From contig OU015568.1 of assembly GCA_907165135.1 (NCBI GenBank), forward strand, positions 2,914,001 through 2,978,000: 64,000 bases of DNA, in the 5' to 3' direction. Made by a program: the position numbers and the translations under genes. The DNA is from Oikopleura dioica. Lineage: Eukaryota; Animalia; Chordata. Positions 36,003 through 55,217 of this stretch are shown here, one piece after another; the stretch's first letter is position 1, and every line of letters begins with the position of its first letter. Below the pieces are notes generated by a model, which saw nothing but the letters and a program-made list of their open reading frames with translations, did not search any database and was not told the origin of the DNA.

Positions 36003-36528
36003 ATGTCTGGCTGCGAAAGAGAATGTCTAAACAACGGGCTTTGCGAGGGACCTTTTCACGGACGGTACATGTGCAACTGCGCTACTGGTTATACCGGAGA
36101 CAGTGAGTTTTCCCCTCTTTCCGGAGTTCTATTTCTTTTCTAGCGTGCCAACTGGTCTCATGGGATCATCACGAAGTACCCCTCTGGTTCACGAAAGAAA
36201 TGAACGAGCGAAACGATGTCCTCGAAGCTGAAAATGACCTCTTGACTGGACTCTGCATCTTTATGGGCTTTGGATTCATGATCATGATTTGCGTCTCAAT
36301 CTTCGTCTACAGAAGGTAAGAGCCTCTTTTCATGATATCAAGGAAGAGATTTTCAAAAATGCGCTCGAAAAAACGGCTAATTCTCGTCATTTTAGATATC
36401 AAGCCGCAGCAGTTTCTTATCATCATCAAGAAAACGCGATAATTCGAAACTTCAGCAAATCATCGATGGAGAACTCGGAGCATGAGACGGTTTTCATTCC
36501 TTCTGCGAAAACTGCAGGGACTGATTAA
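36003..36528 (+). CDS. Single-EGF-domain transmembrane protein (EGF-ligand-like); 5' exons probably upstream
   Basis: GCERECLNNGLCEGPFHGRYMCNCATGYTGD/TC (6-Cys EGF); TM LLTGLCIFMGFGFMIMICVSIFVY; RR stop-transfer. Two canonical introns join in phase. Confidence 0.8.
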
Positions 36529-36800
36529 TTAATAATTATACTTTTATCACTGACGATTTTATTTGATTTTAATAAATGAGACGAAGAGTTTTGTAATCAG
36601 TAATTATCATTTATTGTCAAAGAAAATACCCATAAAGCACTCCAAATTCTATTTGCAAAAACGCATGGTTAAGTTTTTGCAAAGCATCCATCTCGTCGTC
36701 GCCATGTTCTCCATGCTCGTCATTCACAATGTCTAAATTGAGTCCTTGAGAAGGAGATCCTCCAGTTGTGTGTCCAATATGCGACAGGGACATAGCTGAA

Positions 36801-37050
36801 TTAAGGACCCCCCGTCAACAATTATCGAAAAATCTATTTTCGGAATTTCATAATTTTGACCCCAGAAATGGATTCTATTTTTGGGAGTCTATCTCGACTC
36901 TAACACCCTCAAAATCGCATTTGAAAATCGGACTTTTTGAGGAAAAATGACGAAAAAGTCCCAATTTTGCTAAAATTTTGGATTTTTATTGGTCAAAAAT
37001 TGCTCCGAATAAGTTTTTATGATGTATTGAACTTCCAGGCACACTAAGAA
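36801..37050. mobile_element. MITE, TTAA-GGACCCC family (3'-truncated)
   Basis: Starts TTAAGGACCCCCCGTCAAC; collinear similarity to 1258-1500. Confidence 0.75.
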
Positions 37051-37051
37051 G

Positions 37052-37622
37052 CCCCAACATTGTGCAAGTTAGCGTCTGGGCAAGTAAGCGTCAAAGTTGC
37101 CGGTTATATAAAATAATTTTTTTTTCTCGAAATTTTTATATCGAACACTGAATACAGTATTCAGAAAGTATAGGAGCCATTATTTCTAAGTTATTTAGAC
37201 AGAGGTTTGAGAATTCAGGCATTTTTTGTTCTAATAATAACGCTTCGAAATAATCAAAAATATTTTATTATAAATAATAAGAGCTTAGAAATTTTGAAAT
37301 CGACTGTCAAAATGAGTGTACTATCGGAGTACGAAAATATTATTTCAAAACGTTAAATTAAATTTGCTCAAAAGAAATGGAAAATATGACCGCTTTTCAC
37401 ACGGAAAGGTCGAGGTTAGATTCTACGAGGGGACTGACTGTCTACCAGACTAAGACATGCTGAAAGAGCCATTCAACGCTCCACGGATCGCCCACGCACT
37501 TTAGACGCTAACTTGCCCAAGACGCTAACTTGCCCAAAACGCTAATTTGCACAACCTTGGGGAAGTTAGCGTCTGGGGAAGTCAGCGTCTGGGGAAGTTA
37601 GCGTCTTGGGGAAGTTAGCGTG
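37052..37622. mobile_element. Foldback-like element whose inverted termini are built of 16-17-bp tandem units
   Basis: Left TTGTGCAAGTTAGCGTCTGGGCAAGTAAGCGTC (37060-37092); right (GACGCTAACTTGCCCAA)x3-like (37504-37554), then TGGGGAAGTTAGCGTC x4 (37557-37622). Confidence 0.65.
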
Positions 37623-38150
37623 ACTCAAAAGACACGGTTTAGTTTTAGCAATTCAATGGAAAAATTTCGAGAAATCAAGAGAGTAAGATTTGAAATCGCT
37701 CTAAAAGGAAAATTTTCAATAAATTTTTTTTTTAAAAATACCATATTTGAGTTTACCGTACATTTTTAGGTAGGATTGCTTTTGAAATGAAAATGATACT
37801 ACTTCGCATTTAGGCGCTACGAAAGTTCAAATTCATAGCTTATATCCTTAATTTATAATTGCTAAGCTTCAGCTCAAGTTTCCAACTCAACCCAACATCA
37901 GAAAAATTTAGCTCTTCGGTTCAAGAGAGGCCTGATATTGACCCCTTTTTTCGCTAAAAGGTCTTAATTGATCGGCTTCCTGCTGGTCACTCTGTGACAA
38001 AGTAGAAAATGACGCAATGATTTTGAGTAAAATGATTTTGGCACAATCTGCTTATTTGACCGCTGCTAAATTGACCATACCCACTAATTGAAATCCTTTT
38101 TAGAATTATGCGAAGAAAGAGTATCCTCAAAAAACCACTCTGTCGAAACA

Positions 38151-38474
38151 ATGAAAATATTTCTTTTTCCTTTTTTCACCTGTAAGCTTTTTCGAACTGG
38201 TAAGCTCATAAGAACTTTTAATAGATTTCTATATGATAGATCTTTACTGGGAAAATTGGAGCAAGCAGCGAGAAGATTATGTGATTGACGATGCGCAGTT
38301 TCTCAACCATTTGTCATTCGAAAAAGAGTTCGGACCACTTGGGTATTTTCTTTGACCTGTTATTTATCCTAGGCAAATAAATATATTTCATTTTATTGAT
38401 AATTCACTATCTTTAGGCCTTTCAGTACAAATTACTCTGAATTTGCATTCCCTTTGGAGGTAACTTGTGGATAG
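38151..38474 (+). CDS. Small uncharacterised protein
   Basis: MKIFLFPFFT../LYWENWSKQREDYVIDDAQFLNHLSFEKEFGPLG/PFSTNYSEFAFPLEVTCG-TAG; GT-AG introns in phase; AATAAA at ~38521. Confidence 0.5.
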
Positions 38475-38614
38475 AGATTACACTTCTGACGGATTATGAC
38501 GTCAATCAGAAAGTTATATTAATAAAAAAACATATGCCTCAAAATCTCAATATAAGGGCCGCAAAAAGAAAGACCTTCATCAGATTTTCCTTTGTTAAAA
38601 AAATCAGAAACGCG

Positions 38615-38809
38615 ATGAGAACCATATTTTTTTCTTTTGTTCTCACGAACATTTTTGCAATGAAATTATCGACATCATGGATACATGATCGACAAAACAC
38701 GGGCGATCAAGAAAAATTGAAAGATGCTAAAATGGAGAAAGTCGACGAATGTTTCAATCAAATGGAGTGCTTTCTATTTTTTGGATATTTTTGAACTGTT
38801 TTTAGATAA
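38615..38809 (+). CDS. Small putative secreted peptide (~51 aa)
   Basis: MRTIFFSFVLTNIFA (signal-like) + MKLSTSWIHDRQNTGDQEKLKDAKMEKVDECFNQME; either one short intron precedes the stop, or the frame reads through to TGA at 38794. Confidence 0.4.
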
Positions 38810-39296
38810 AATCTTACTTTGAAATCAAGGAAGAATAAAAAGAGAAATAAGCATATATTATTTATTATATACTATAATACAGGTTAAAGTATGTACAGAT
38901 AGTGTTTTTTCTTTTACCACACGAAATATTCTTAGTGATTTTGGGCATTTGAACTTTGAAAGATTTTCTTTTACCTTGTTAAACCTGTATCAAACAGATT
39001 TTTTTGAATATCGTCCCTCTCAAAAATATTTCTCAAAAGCAATTTTTCATGAAAATTTTTAATTTAAATTTTCCACTCAAAAATCAAAATTGATATCGAA
39101 AGCCTTTGATATCTTCTTTCACCCAAAAAATTGTTATTTTAAGTCACGTGTGTCATATTGAATTAAAAAAGAAGGTACAGTTCAAGCAGCATCTGAAGTT
39201 ATTTTGATATTGACAAATGGATATTGAAAGTAAGGAGCCGGCGCTAGACATTTTTAGTGCTTTGGCGCTGTTAGGGGGTTAACCCGCGTTCGCCGG

Positions 39297-45660
<6,364 letters not shown>

Positions 45661-46426
45661 CTCACTCGAGCAAATAGTTCGGACGTTTCAACCCCTCGAG
45701 AATCGGAAGTGTCCAGACATCGCCGATTCACCTTCTCGCGCTCTGATCTCGAAAACCTCAAAAGGAGGCGATTTCGAAAACTCGTCATTAGAAATCGCAG
45801 CGTAAGGAGGTCCTCAAGAACACGATTTTTTCAAAAGCGCGATTTAATGACTTTTCTTGCTCCAAATTTGAGCTGAAGAGGGGAACCTCCTTAATTTCTA
45901 ATTCAATAAATGGTTGATTTATGGTTTTTAATTGATTTTAATTCATTTTACTAAAAGTTCATTTTAAAAGGTACGCCCTTAAATCCATTTCGGAGTCGGA
46001 TTTTCCATAAAAAATTCAGATTTTGACTATTAGCTTAGACCTCGCTCGTTACTCTTGAAAAAACAATCAATTCCAAATACTCTTCCTTTTCTCTTTCAGT
46101 CTCTACCTCCGATAAGAAAGAGCAGCTCGCAGGCATAATCACTGTAACTCAGAGTAAAATCAAGTGCCGAAGACATCCGAGGATGCGATGATTTGACTGC
46201 TAGTAATTGACTCCTGTCGCCGAGAATAGAGAAGGAGAGAAAGAGAGTTAATGAGCATACTGAGCTTTAATAAAAAATGGATCATTTTTGCGCCTAGACC
46301 TACTCTCTTTACAATGTTTTGTCTGTAAAGGGCACTAGACCTAACTGTAACCACTGAATTCACATTGCCAAATACGGCGACTGGAACAGCATGAAAAGAT
46401 AAAAACCATATCTTTGTGACACCCTT

Positions 46427-47013
46427 AAGAAACCCGCTATAACCGAAAAAGTACCTGAAAAGCTCAAAAATTTTAGGCAAGAATCTCGATTTTCAGAAAA
46501 TTTTCTCTCTTTCGGAAAAAGATTGTTGAAGATGGTGTTAAACGAGGACTGTAATGGAATGGCGCGTGTAAAATTTTCTACAGCAATGAAAATATTAACA
46601 CTTTGGACATAAAAATTTCTCCTCGGCAAATATGCTTTAAGCCGCGGGGTTTTACGGATTTTGCCACGGAATTAACCACATTTTTTCTACTGTCAGTACT
46701 GTCTGTTTTTTGATTGGTCTAATGGAAGTGTTCCTCGAAACTGAAAATTTCTCCAGAGGCCAAAATAAGGGTTCGAGCTTAGAACTGAAAAAATCAACAA
46801 GTGCGTCACTTTACTATTTATCAATGGTATACCCTTAATTTGGAGCCTAAAATGTTGTGTCGAAATCTCGAGCCATTTTTTCTCTACGTCAATTTGAGCT
46901 TCTCAAAGCTTCGAAATCGCGTAAAAATCCACAATTCTCTGATGTTCACCAGCTCCGGGACAGGGCTCAAATAGAAAACGCAAGTCACTTGACAGAAACA
47001 CTTAGAAAACGGA
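46427..47013 (+). CDS. Possible 3' exons of an uncharacterised gene
   Basis: Open frames KPAITEKVPEKLKNFRQ..NEDCNGMA and PIFSLRQFELLKASKSRKNPQFSDVHQLRDRAQIENASHLTETLRKRTR-TAA join in phase 1; AATAAA directly follows. No start found and no homology recognised. Confidence 0.3.
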
Positions 47014-50000
47014 CTCGATAAATAAACGATAAGCCCCCCTGATGCCCGAAAGGGCGAAGCTGTGATTTTGAGCGGTAATATTTGAACTCGTTCTGGATAA
47101 ACTTGTTGAATGAGCTTTTCAAATTTGCGATCAGAAAAGATTTTATGCAAGAAAATTCCGAATTCTTTTGATGAAATCGCAGTTCTTGCAATTTTCTGAT
47201 CTCTATCGAAGGCATACCCTTAAGAAATTTGGAAATGACTGGTCCGAATCGAGTATACACCCTTAAATTGAAGCTTGATCAACACAAAGACCTTCTTTTT
47301 TAGGGCAGATACCCTTAAAATCAAAATTCTAGAGATAATGCTACTCACAGCGGGGTTTATTTGACGCAAAAGCACATGACTCGCTGATAATTAGAACCCC
47401 GCGATAGGACTATCCTTCCATGTATACACAAGTTATACAGTCATCTTCATTCTTATCACACGTTGCGAAAAGTTCAAACTTTGCATGAAAAATTTAGCAA
47501 TTCAAATATTCTCCTCAGGCCGATTTTTACGGTCCTTCAGTAGCGCAAATACCAGCGCAATAAATCGCCATAAAAATTACACCGCTCCGAATAACAAAGT
47601 CAAGCTACAGTAGCTCGAGAAGATTTACTGTGCGGTTTTTTCATGTGTTATCAAAACAAATAAAAAGTATATGCGCGAGAGTTCATTTCCTGTCGTAGGA
47701 CAGGGGGTGTCACGATCTGGCAGGTGCACTTTTTTAATGTTGGTTTGATACTGTTGGATCTGACAGTAGATGATAAGGATGATGATTGAATGGCTCGAGG
47801 ATTTGAGTCAAGTATTTTATGAGATTTAGGGTCAGCAAGAAATTGAAGGTCTTTTAAATCGTGAATTTTCATGATGAGTCATCGAAAATTATATCTCATT
47901 CTATAGACTGAAGCTCACTCTATAAAAAATATAGAATTTGATGCATTCTTTAAGGGTGTACCAGACGATAAATCAATTTTAAACTTTAGCTCTTACTTGT
48001 GGCCCAGTTTTTCGTCTCTTCGAGCATCCTTTTTTCCGTCTCAAAGAAGCTTTATCCATAAAAAAAAGCCAAAGTCAAAGTCAAAAAGAAGCGTGTGCCC
48101 AAATGTTTCAAAACTCGCGGAACAGTCTAGAATTCAAATATGTTCCGAATCTCTCGAAAGTGCTCCCGGGGTGTGGTGACGTGCGAATTTGAGAGAAAGA
48201 AAAAAAAGTATTCAACTAAATCAACTCGCGTTTTGATACAATTAGAATTTGGAAACAAGAGAACTAAGACTTGCCAAATACTCGCACCGCCCCGGGCGAG
48301 TGGAATTCTAAAGAAGTAAAAAATGAATTCAATATTGCGAAAAAAGATCGAACGATAACTTCAGACATCCTTTTTCCGAAGAAAGGTTGGCTTAAGGTTA
48401 TAACCTTCCTTAAGGCCAAAAAGCATGCGATTCTTAAAGGCGTACCTTCGATATTCAAGCTCCAAAATCGTTTTAAAACATGACTTATTTATGTATACAA
48501 TAGATTATCGACAAATCCTTCCATCCAAGGAAATCGACCTTGACTCTCTTAAGGGCCTCCCACTTGTATTTCCCGCCACTTATTCTCTTATCAGTGCTTT
48601 ACTCAACAACAAGTACAGCAGCAAAAATAGTTGTCTAAACAAAAACCAAATGTTCCGTGTAATCTGCTAACCCCCTCTGCACATGTTGGCAACAAAATTG
48701 ACCAAATCCCCGTCGCCTACTGTTAAAAACAGCGCTCCTCGGGTTTTTCGTTTATTGTTACTCGATAGTTCTGAGTTCTAAATTTTAAATAGAACAACAC
48801 GATTCGAACAATTGTTTTAACAAGTGTCCCTATTTTAAATTTCATGGAGCTTCAGGTTTATTTTTGAGCGATTTAAATTTAATGTGAGCATATGTGTATT
48901 ACACGAGTCGGGACATGAATTAAGGGTGTACCTTTAACCCGCTTTTTCTCTAGTATTTTCGAGGTACAGTAGATTTGGAGCGGTCCTCGTGGGAATGGGG
49001 CGATGATTTTATACTGTCATAAGGAGCGCGGCTGAGAAAATATGGAGGTTATGAAATTATGATGACAGAAGCAATAAATGTATTTCAACAGAAAATTGAC
49101 TAGGGTGGGCGATTTGGGAAAAGGGCTAAGTTGATTTTTAGCCAATCAGATGCTAGAAAATTTTCGCTCCAAACCCGAAGCGCGGCTTTAACCTCAATAT
49201 CACTCGAAACCGCAAGCGGCTTTTTGACCCCCTGAGGAAGATTTTAGGGTACACCAGTCGATATTTTTAGGTTAAAGAGGATCCAAAATTTATCTACTAC
49301 TTCTCTTGTTCCCCTACACTCAACCGTAAGGAACCACGGAAGGCTAAACAGTTATCAAGATAATGATCCCTCTCGACTCAAGAACGAAATGTCAAGTTTA
49401 TCTTGATCCACCAAATCCGGCGATTATCCCCCAACTCGACTGCAGCACCTCTAAGGAGAGACCGCTTGTTTTCACCTTGGTCAGATTTGCTAAACAGATA
49501 TTTTGGAGATGGAGGATTTTCTGGATCGTGTTTCTGAACCCCACGGTTTTAGAATTGCTTCTAAAGCTGTGGCGGCTTGGTGATAAGGGCAGTGTGTGAT
49601 AAGAGAGATTGGTGAATACAGCTTAGCGGGGTACTTTGCATCTGAGCTGGGATTTTTGCTGATAACGAAATTTTGAAGAATATAAAAAATGTCGACTCGA
49701 AGAATTGTTTCTAAAAGGCGTCATTTTCTAGCACCTATACCAAAATCGAAATTCAATTGAGCTCCGTTTCTAAATGAAAGCGAGAGCCCAAGTGTCTGTG
49801 GCTTTGGCGTAATGAGCTGGTTAATCAGGCGGCGGAAAATCGTGATTTTCCTTTGAGACACGAATTCTAGCGTCGCATTCGACATGGACAGGCAAGATTG
49901 TGAACCGCCGAACTGTGTGCGCCGCGACCGCCACAAATGCGCAAGCTACCCGAGCTCACGGTTTCTTGGGATTTTGGTCGAACAAAAACAGTTCTAATTT

Positions 50001-53000
50001 GAGAATAAACTTCTTATTGGAGCGTTTTCCATTTCAGGGGACCTCGAGCCGCAAATTCCAAAATCCTTTTTGCAGATTTTTAAAGAATAGACTCGCCTTA
50101 AATTTTCATATTTTCTTTTAAAAATAACGACTGGTAGAGCCTTAAAATCGTAGAAAAAGATACCTTTTGATCTCGCTTCATGTTCTATTTTTCTCAAAAG
50201 CTTCAGCTCTTCTTACACAATTTTAAAAATCTCTCCTTTTCTCTTGAAAAATCAGCCAACAAAAATATTCAGTGGATACAACACTAACTGGTGCGTTCGT
50301 GTGTCCATGGGTTGAATTTTTAATAGCCCGGGCTCCTTACGCGTTACCAGGTTTCTGTGGCAATGTTAATGCTAACACTGGCATAATTAATAAATTAATG
50401 AAAAGTTATTTTTTCAAAGAAAAGCCGCGATGGAAGAATTCATCAGGAAGTGTAAGAAATTTTATGAGAAGTTGAAAGTATCAATTTTTAATTTTTCTTT
50501 GACGAATTCTTTTGTCGGTTCCTGACAACTCCCCTTATTTCAACTAAGAAGGAACGCAAAATTTGTTGTTTTTTTTCAGTTATTCTTGGATACAGTTACT
50601 GTCGATGACCTGAAGTTCATGCCAATTTTTCGCTACAGTCACTTCTGACTGTATTTGACAGTCAAATAGCCAAGTATTGAACTGTTGTTCATTTCTTTCT
50701 TTTCGTTTCATTGAATTTCGCGGCCAATTCAAAAGTGTCGAAATAAAACTATCATTTACAGTTGGTAGTTCATACAGTCCCCGATACAGTCAACTTTTGT
50801 GACAGTAAGCGATTTCTGTATTTGTTCCGCTAAGACCGGAACTTACATTGTGATGATAGGAATTTCAAATCGGGAGCTCTTGGAAATATGATAGACAATC
50901 CATTTATCGCTATCCTCCGGGAAAACATGGAATTACGAGGAATTACGTGTAATCTTCCGTATCTCTATCTGGCTTTCTGGGGTCATTTTCCTGAATTTGA
51001 AAAAGGGAAGGGGAGCGAGAAGAAGACTTTTGGACATCCTGAAGTCGACCACAAGTGAGATCATCCGCGGACGAGGATACTTATTTTCCGCTCGAAAATT
51101 AGTACCTCCCTCGTGATGATAACAAATATTGCTTCGCCGCAATATTGATAAAAAATTATCGGCATCGTGAAATTTTAAATTATAGTCTTGTAATGTTATT
51201 AGAAAGAGGTGCCCTCACTACCGTCCAATCAGATAAGGAAAGTAGAGAAATAGCGCCATCTTTCTTTTTCAGCGAATCAGGGTGCGTTTTAAATTATGAT
51301 CGAGAAAGAACAGAAAAATAGCTCGCAGCCAATCTGCTGCAAGAAAAGACAGAACAGCGCCATCATCATTTTCGACCAATCAAAGAGCTTGATTGGTTTT
51401 ACCTCTTGAAAAGGCGATTTGTGGCTTTATCCAATCGAAAATTCTCTTTTCCTGACATTTCTTTATCAGTCAAAAAGGATGACATCACCCGCCGCGTTTT
51501 TTCGCTTTCAACAAATCCGGAAACCAACGAGCCCCCGCTGTGTTTAGAACTGATAGCGGAATTGTGGTGCAAAAAGTGTTGTTTCACGCGATTTCACCGC
51601 GCAAAAGTCGTAAGTAAAACGGGTTCTTGTTTTTATCACGGCGCGAAAAGCAGCTGGGTGATAAGAAGACTACGGCTGGCTCTGAAGAAAGCAGCATATT
51701 TTGACAAATAGCCGTTTGAAGACGTGGAGACTTTTGTCAGTAGAAATCTCCTGTAAGAAGGCGAACACGAATAATACTTAGGAAGAAAACTTCAATCTCA
51801 ATTACGGATGGGACGCCCTTAAGTTAGGCGAAAGAAACGGCGCGTTTCTGAGTCAGGAAAGTACCAAAAAAGGGGTCATTAGGTGATCAGGAGTTAAAAG
51901 CGAAAAAGTACGCTATTATATAATTCCATGCAGCTCGTTTTCTCGTGAACTGGCGAATAACATACACCGCATCTGTAATAACACACAAGCAGCTCATCAA
52001 AAAGGCATTATCCGCGTGCCGAAAAATCTCGGCTCGCGTTTCTAAAGATTTCAAGAAGCAAACGAGCCTTTAAAAATGGTTTAAAAAAAGGTTGAATAGA
52101 GCTCAACAGTTTTTTTTTTAATCCATCAGCGAAGGGAGTTTTTGTTATCGCGACATGATTGGATTTCTGTTGCGCGAGATATTTTGCTGATTGAGCTGAC
52201 AGCTTTTAAATCATAGAAGAAAAACGGATTACTCTTTTTTTGAAGGATTAGTGGGGAAAAATGTGCACGAAAATTAAAAGCCACGTTTTCTAAATCCGCT
52301 TGAAGTCGGAAAAATAGTATCTTTACTCCCTAATTTCTCGAGTTACTGAAAGAATTCTGGCTGAAGAATAATCCCAAATTTCTGTCAAAAACTAAGCTTC
52401 TATTTCAACTCTTTCACTTTTTATAACTAAACTTCAATTTTAAATCAATCTTAAATCCCTTTTTACTTATTGAACCCCTTAATTTTTCAAAAGAAATAAA
52501 CATCAAATGGCTCGTAAACCCTAAAAATAAGCAACAAATATAATTTTTCAATAAAAAAGGACTCAAAATTCCGCCTAAAAATGCTTATTCTTGTTCTCAT
52601 CCCTGTATAAAAAATCATAACTGTTCACCTTTTTACCTGTAAATCGTCTCGCACAAACTCGGCAGGAGATCCGTCCTTATCAGCAGAGGAGAAACTCAGG
52701 AGCAGCAACTGGAATCTGAAATATACCCTGGTCGGGAATACCTTGGTATCCCGCCTAAAAGTTTTAAAATAAAAATCTATAAAAAGCAAGCCAAGCTATA
52801 AAATGCGATGCCGATCCAGCAAGAAGAAGGAGCAAAATCACCACGTGATCAGGAGGAGGAGGATGAAGCTGCACGTTCCATTAACGCGTGTTGGGTACAG
52901 TCAGCAGGTGAAGACCTAGAAGTATATCATAAATACGCGTCGGACGGATTCAAATTCGTAAAACGGGAAAAAAAAAGTCATAAAAACGGAGGTGGAAAAA

Positions 53001-55217
53001 TGAGAAACTTCCGGAAAAAGAGGATTTTGAGCATGCGATGGACAAATAGCGGGCCGGATTTTTGATAATCAAATCGCGAAATTTTTGATTTCTAAAAATC
53101 GTGTTTCGGAGACTCGACTGTTTTGAGATTTTCAGAATTTCCGTCTTCCTTGTTTCAAAATCAAGGGTCTTTGGCGAGATATTTTGGGATTCATGAGCGA
53201 AAAAGTAAAAAAAAGAGACTCGACTTATTGAAAATTTTTATAGAGAAAATAAAAAAATAGGAACATCTTTTTTGCTGTTTTTGTAAAAATTATTATCACA
53301 TTTATTTTACGGCTATCAGTAAAAACAAGAAGCAACGTGGGAATCGATCGGGCTTGGGAATTTATTACTTAACCACGGGAGTGCTGAAACCACATTCTAG
53401 TGATCCTGCGGGCACGATTCGGTAATCGCCCTCCATTAAATGGCGCTACTTAGTGGAAATCCATCTACCCATAATAATTATGAGGTTGCTGATTTTCGAT
53501 AACCTCGAAATTTTCATCATGTTATCATTTATTTTTAATCGCTCGTGACGCCCTTAATTCTCAATAGAAAGGCAAAAAGGTTACAACTTGTAATCTTCTT
53601 AACGAAAAAAATAGACAAATGTTTAATTATAATAAACATGAAAATAAGGGTGTCACAAGACAATTTACAGAATTTTCACATGAATTTAAAGCCGTCTGTT
53701 TTTAATTTTCATCAAAAAATATCGAAAAATTGAACTATAACATAAAAATCAAGCGATAATCGAGCTTTGTTCCCAAACCAGCGCTTCCAGTATCAATTCA
53801 TGATTCATACAGTATCAAACTCAAATACGTAACAAATATCGATCAGATGAAAAATCATCTTCGGCGCGCTCCCACGAATCTCCTCATTTTTCAGCTAATT
53901 GCGCGTAATTTGTGCTTTTTTCAAAACTGACTCGCCCTTGAGTAGTTTTTTCTTCTTCTTCCGCTGAGAAATTTTCAGATTTCTACTCTTCAAAGTAGAA
54001 TGTAGAAATAAAAAGAGAAGGAGAAGCGCTAATGGATCTTGAACCGACAAGAATTTTAGGTAACAAAATAAGCTCGTGAAAAGAGAAGAAATTTGCGTTA
54101 ACCGATTCGCGCGAATAGACCAAAGATTTGGTCATAAATACAGGTCTTTTATTCTTTTCGATTTTCGGGTACAAATTTGAGAGATTTTGAGGGAGTTGAT
54201 GTAGAGAGAAAATATTTATTTCGCCTCAAAAATTAATTATAAATTTAACCCGTTTGCGGATTTGGGCCTTTTCTGTGTCAATTTTCAGAATTTTCTGGAT
54301 ATCTCATTATCAAAACGATAAATTTGAAGCAATTTACTTCTTCAATTACTATAAAAATGAATTTACTTAAAAATTTGACTCAAAAAGCCAATATCCGACA
54401 ATGGGTTAAAATTTCTTTTAAGAGACTTTTAACGAGACACTGAAATCCTCCTTGAGAGAGAATTCTTCAACTTGAGACTTCTCAATTTTCTCAAATGAAT
54501 CGTTCTTTTTGTTATTTTAATTGTGGAATAATTTCTTTCAGAGAGGAAATAACTCCTCCTGAAAAGTTGATATTTGAATTGCTGAACTGACTTTTGACTT
54601 TGTTCACCTTTGTTTGATAAATAGAGAGTTTTTCTTGGTTTGTTCAAGCCAAATCACCTCAATAAGAGATTTTATCTGACACACCTGACTTCTTTTCAAA
54701 AAATATCAAAAAAACGACTCATTCACCGCGCCGCTAGAATTTTGAAAATCGGACAAAAGATAGAATAAGAAAAAAGAAAATGGAGAATTTTGAAAGCTCA
54801 AGAATTTTGGGTAAGACTTAATTTTAACCCATCGACGCGAATATTTCCAATTTATTGGAGGCTTGCCAAAAAGAAGCCAAGTAACAAGATAAAAGTTTTT
54901 GATAAAAAATGCATAAACAGTTTTCATTTATGCCAAAAAATTGGTAAAAACCGCGCTAAAGAGTTAATTTTTTGAAACTTTTTAACCCCTTTCCGCGATC
55001 CTCACCATTTTTCTGTACTTTTGGAAAACGTCGCTCGATGTTTCTTGAATTCGATTTTTTTTTCACCAAAAATTGGTCATTTTCTAAAATGGGTTAACTA
55101 TTGAACATTCAGTTGATGAAGATTGCTCAATAAGAATTTTTCTGAAAGGAATTTTGCGCAACAAAAATGCTCACGTTGGAAAGCTGAGCTGAAAATTATA
55201 AAATTCGTGGAATCCAG

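Noticed and set aside
37504-37622. CRISPR-like repeat array
   Set aside because: The units are directly adjacent with no unique spacers, the context is eukaryotic, and there are no cas genes.
52808-53065. 85-aa ORF MPIQQEEGAKSP..
   Set aside because: No homology and no phase-consistent link to the ADK-like exons; may be UTR or chance.
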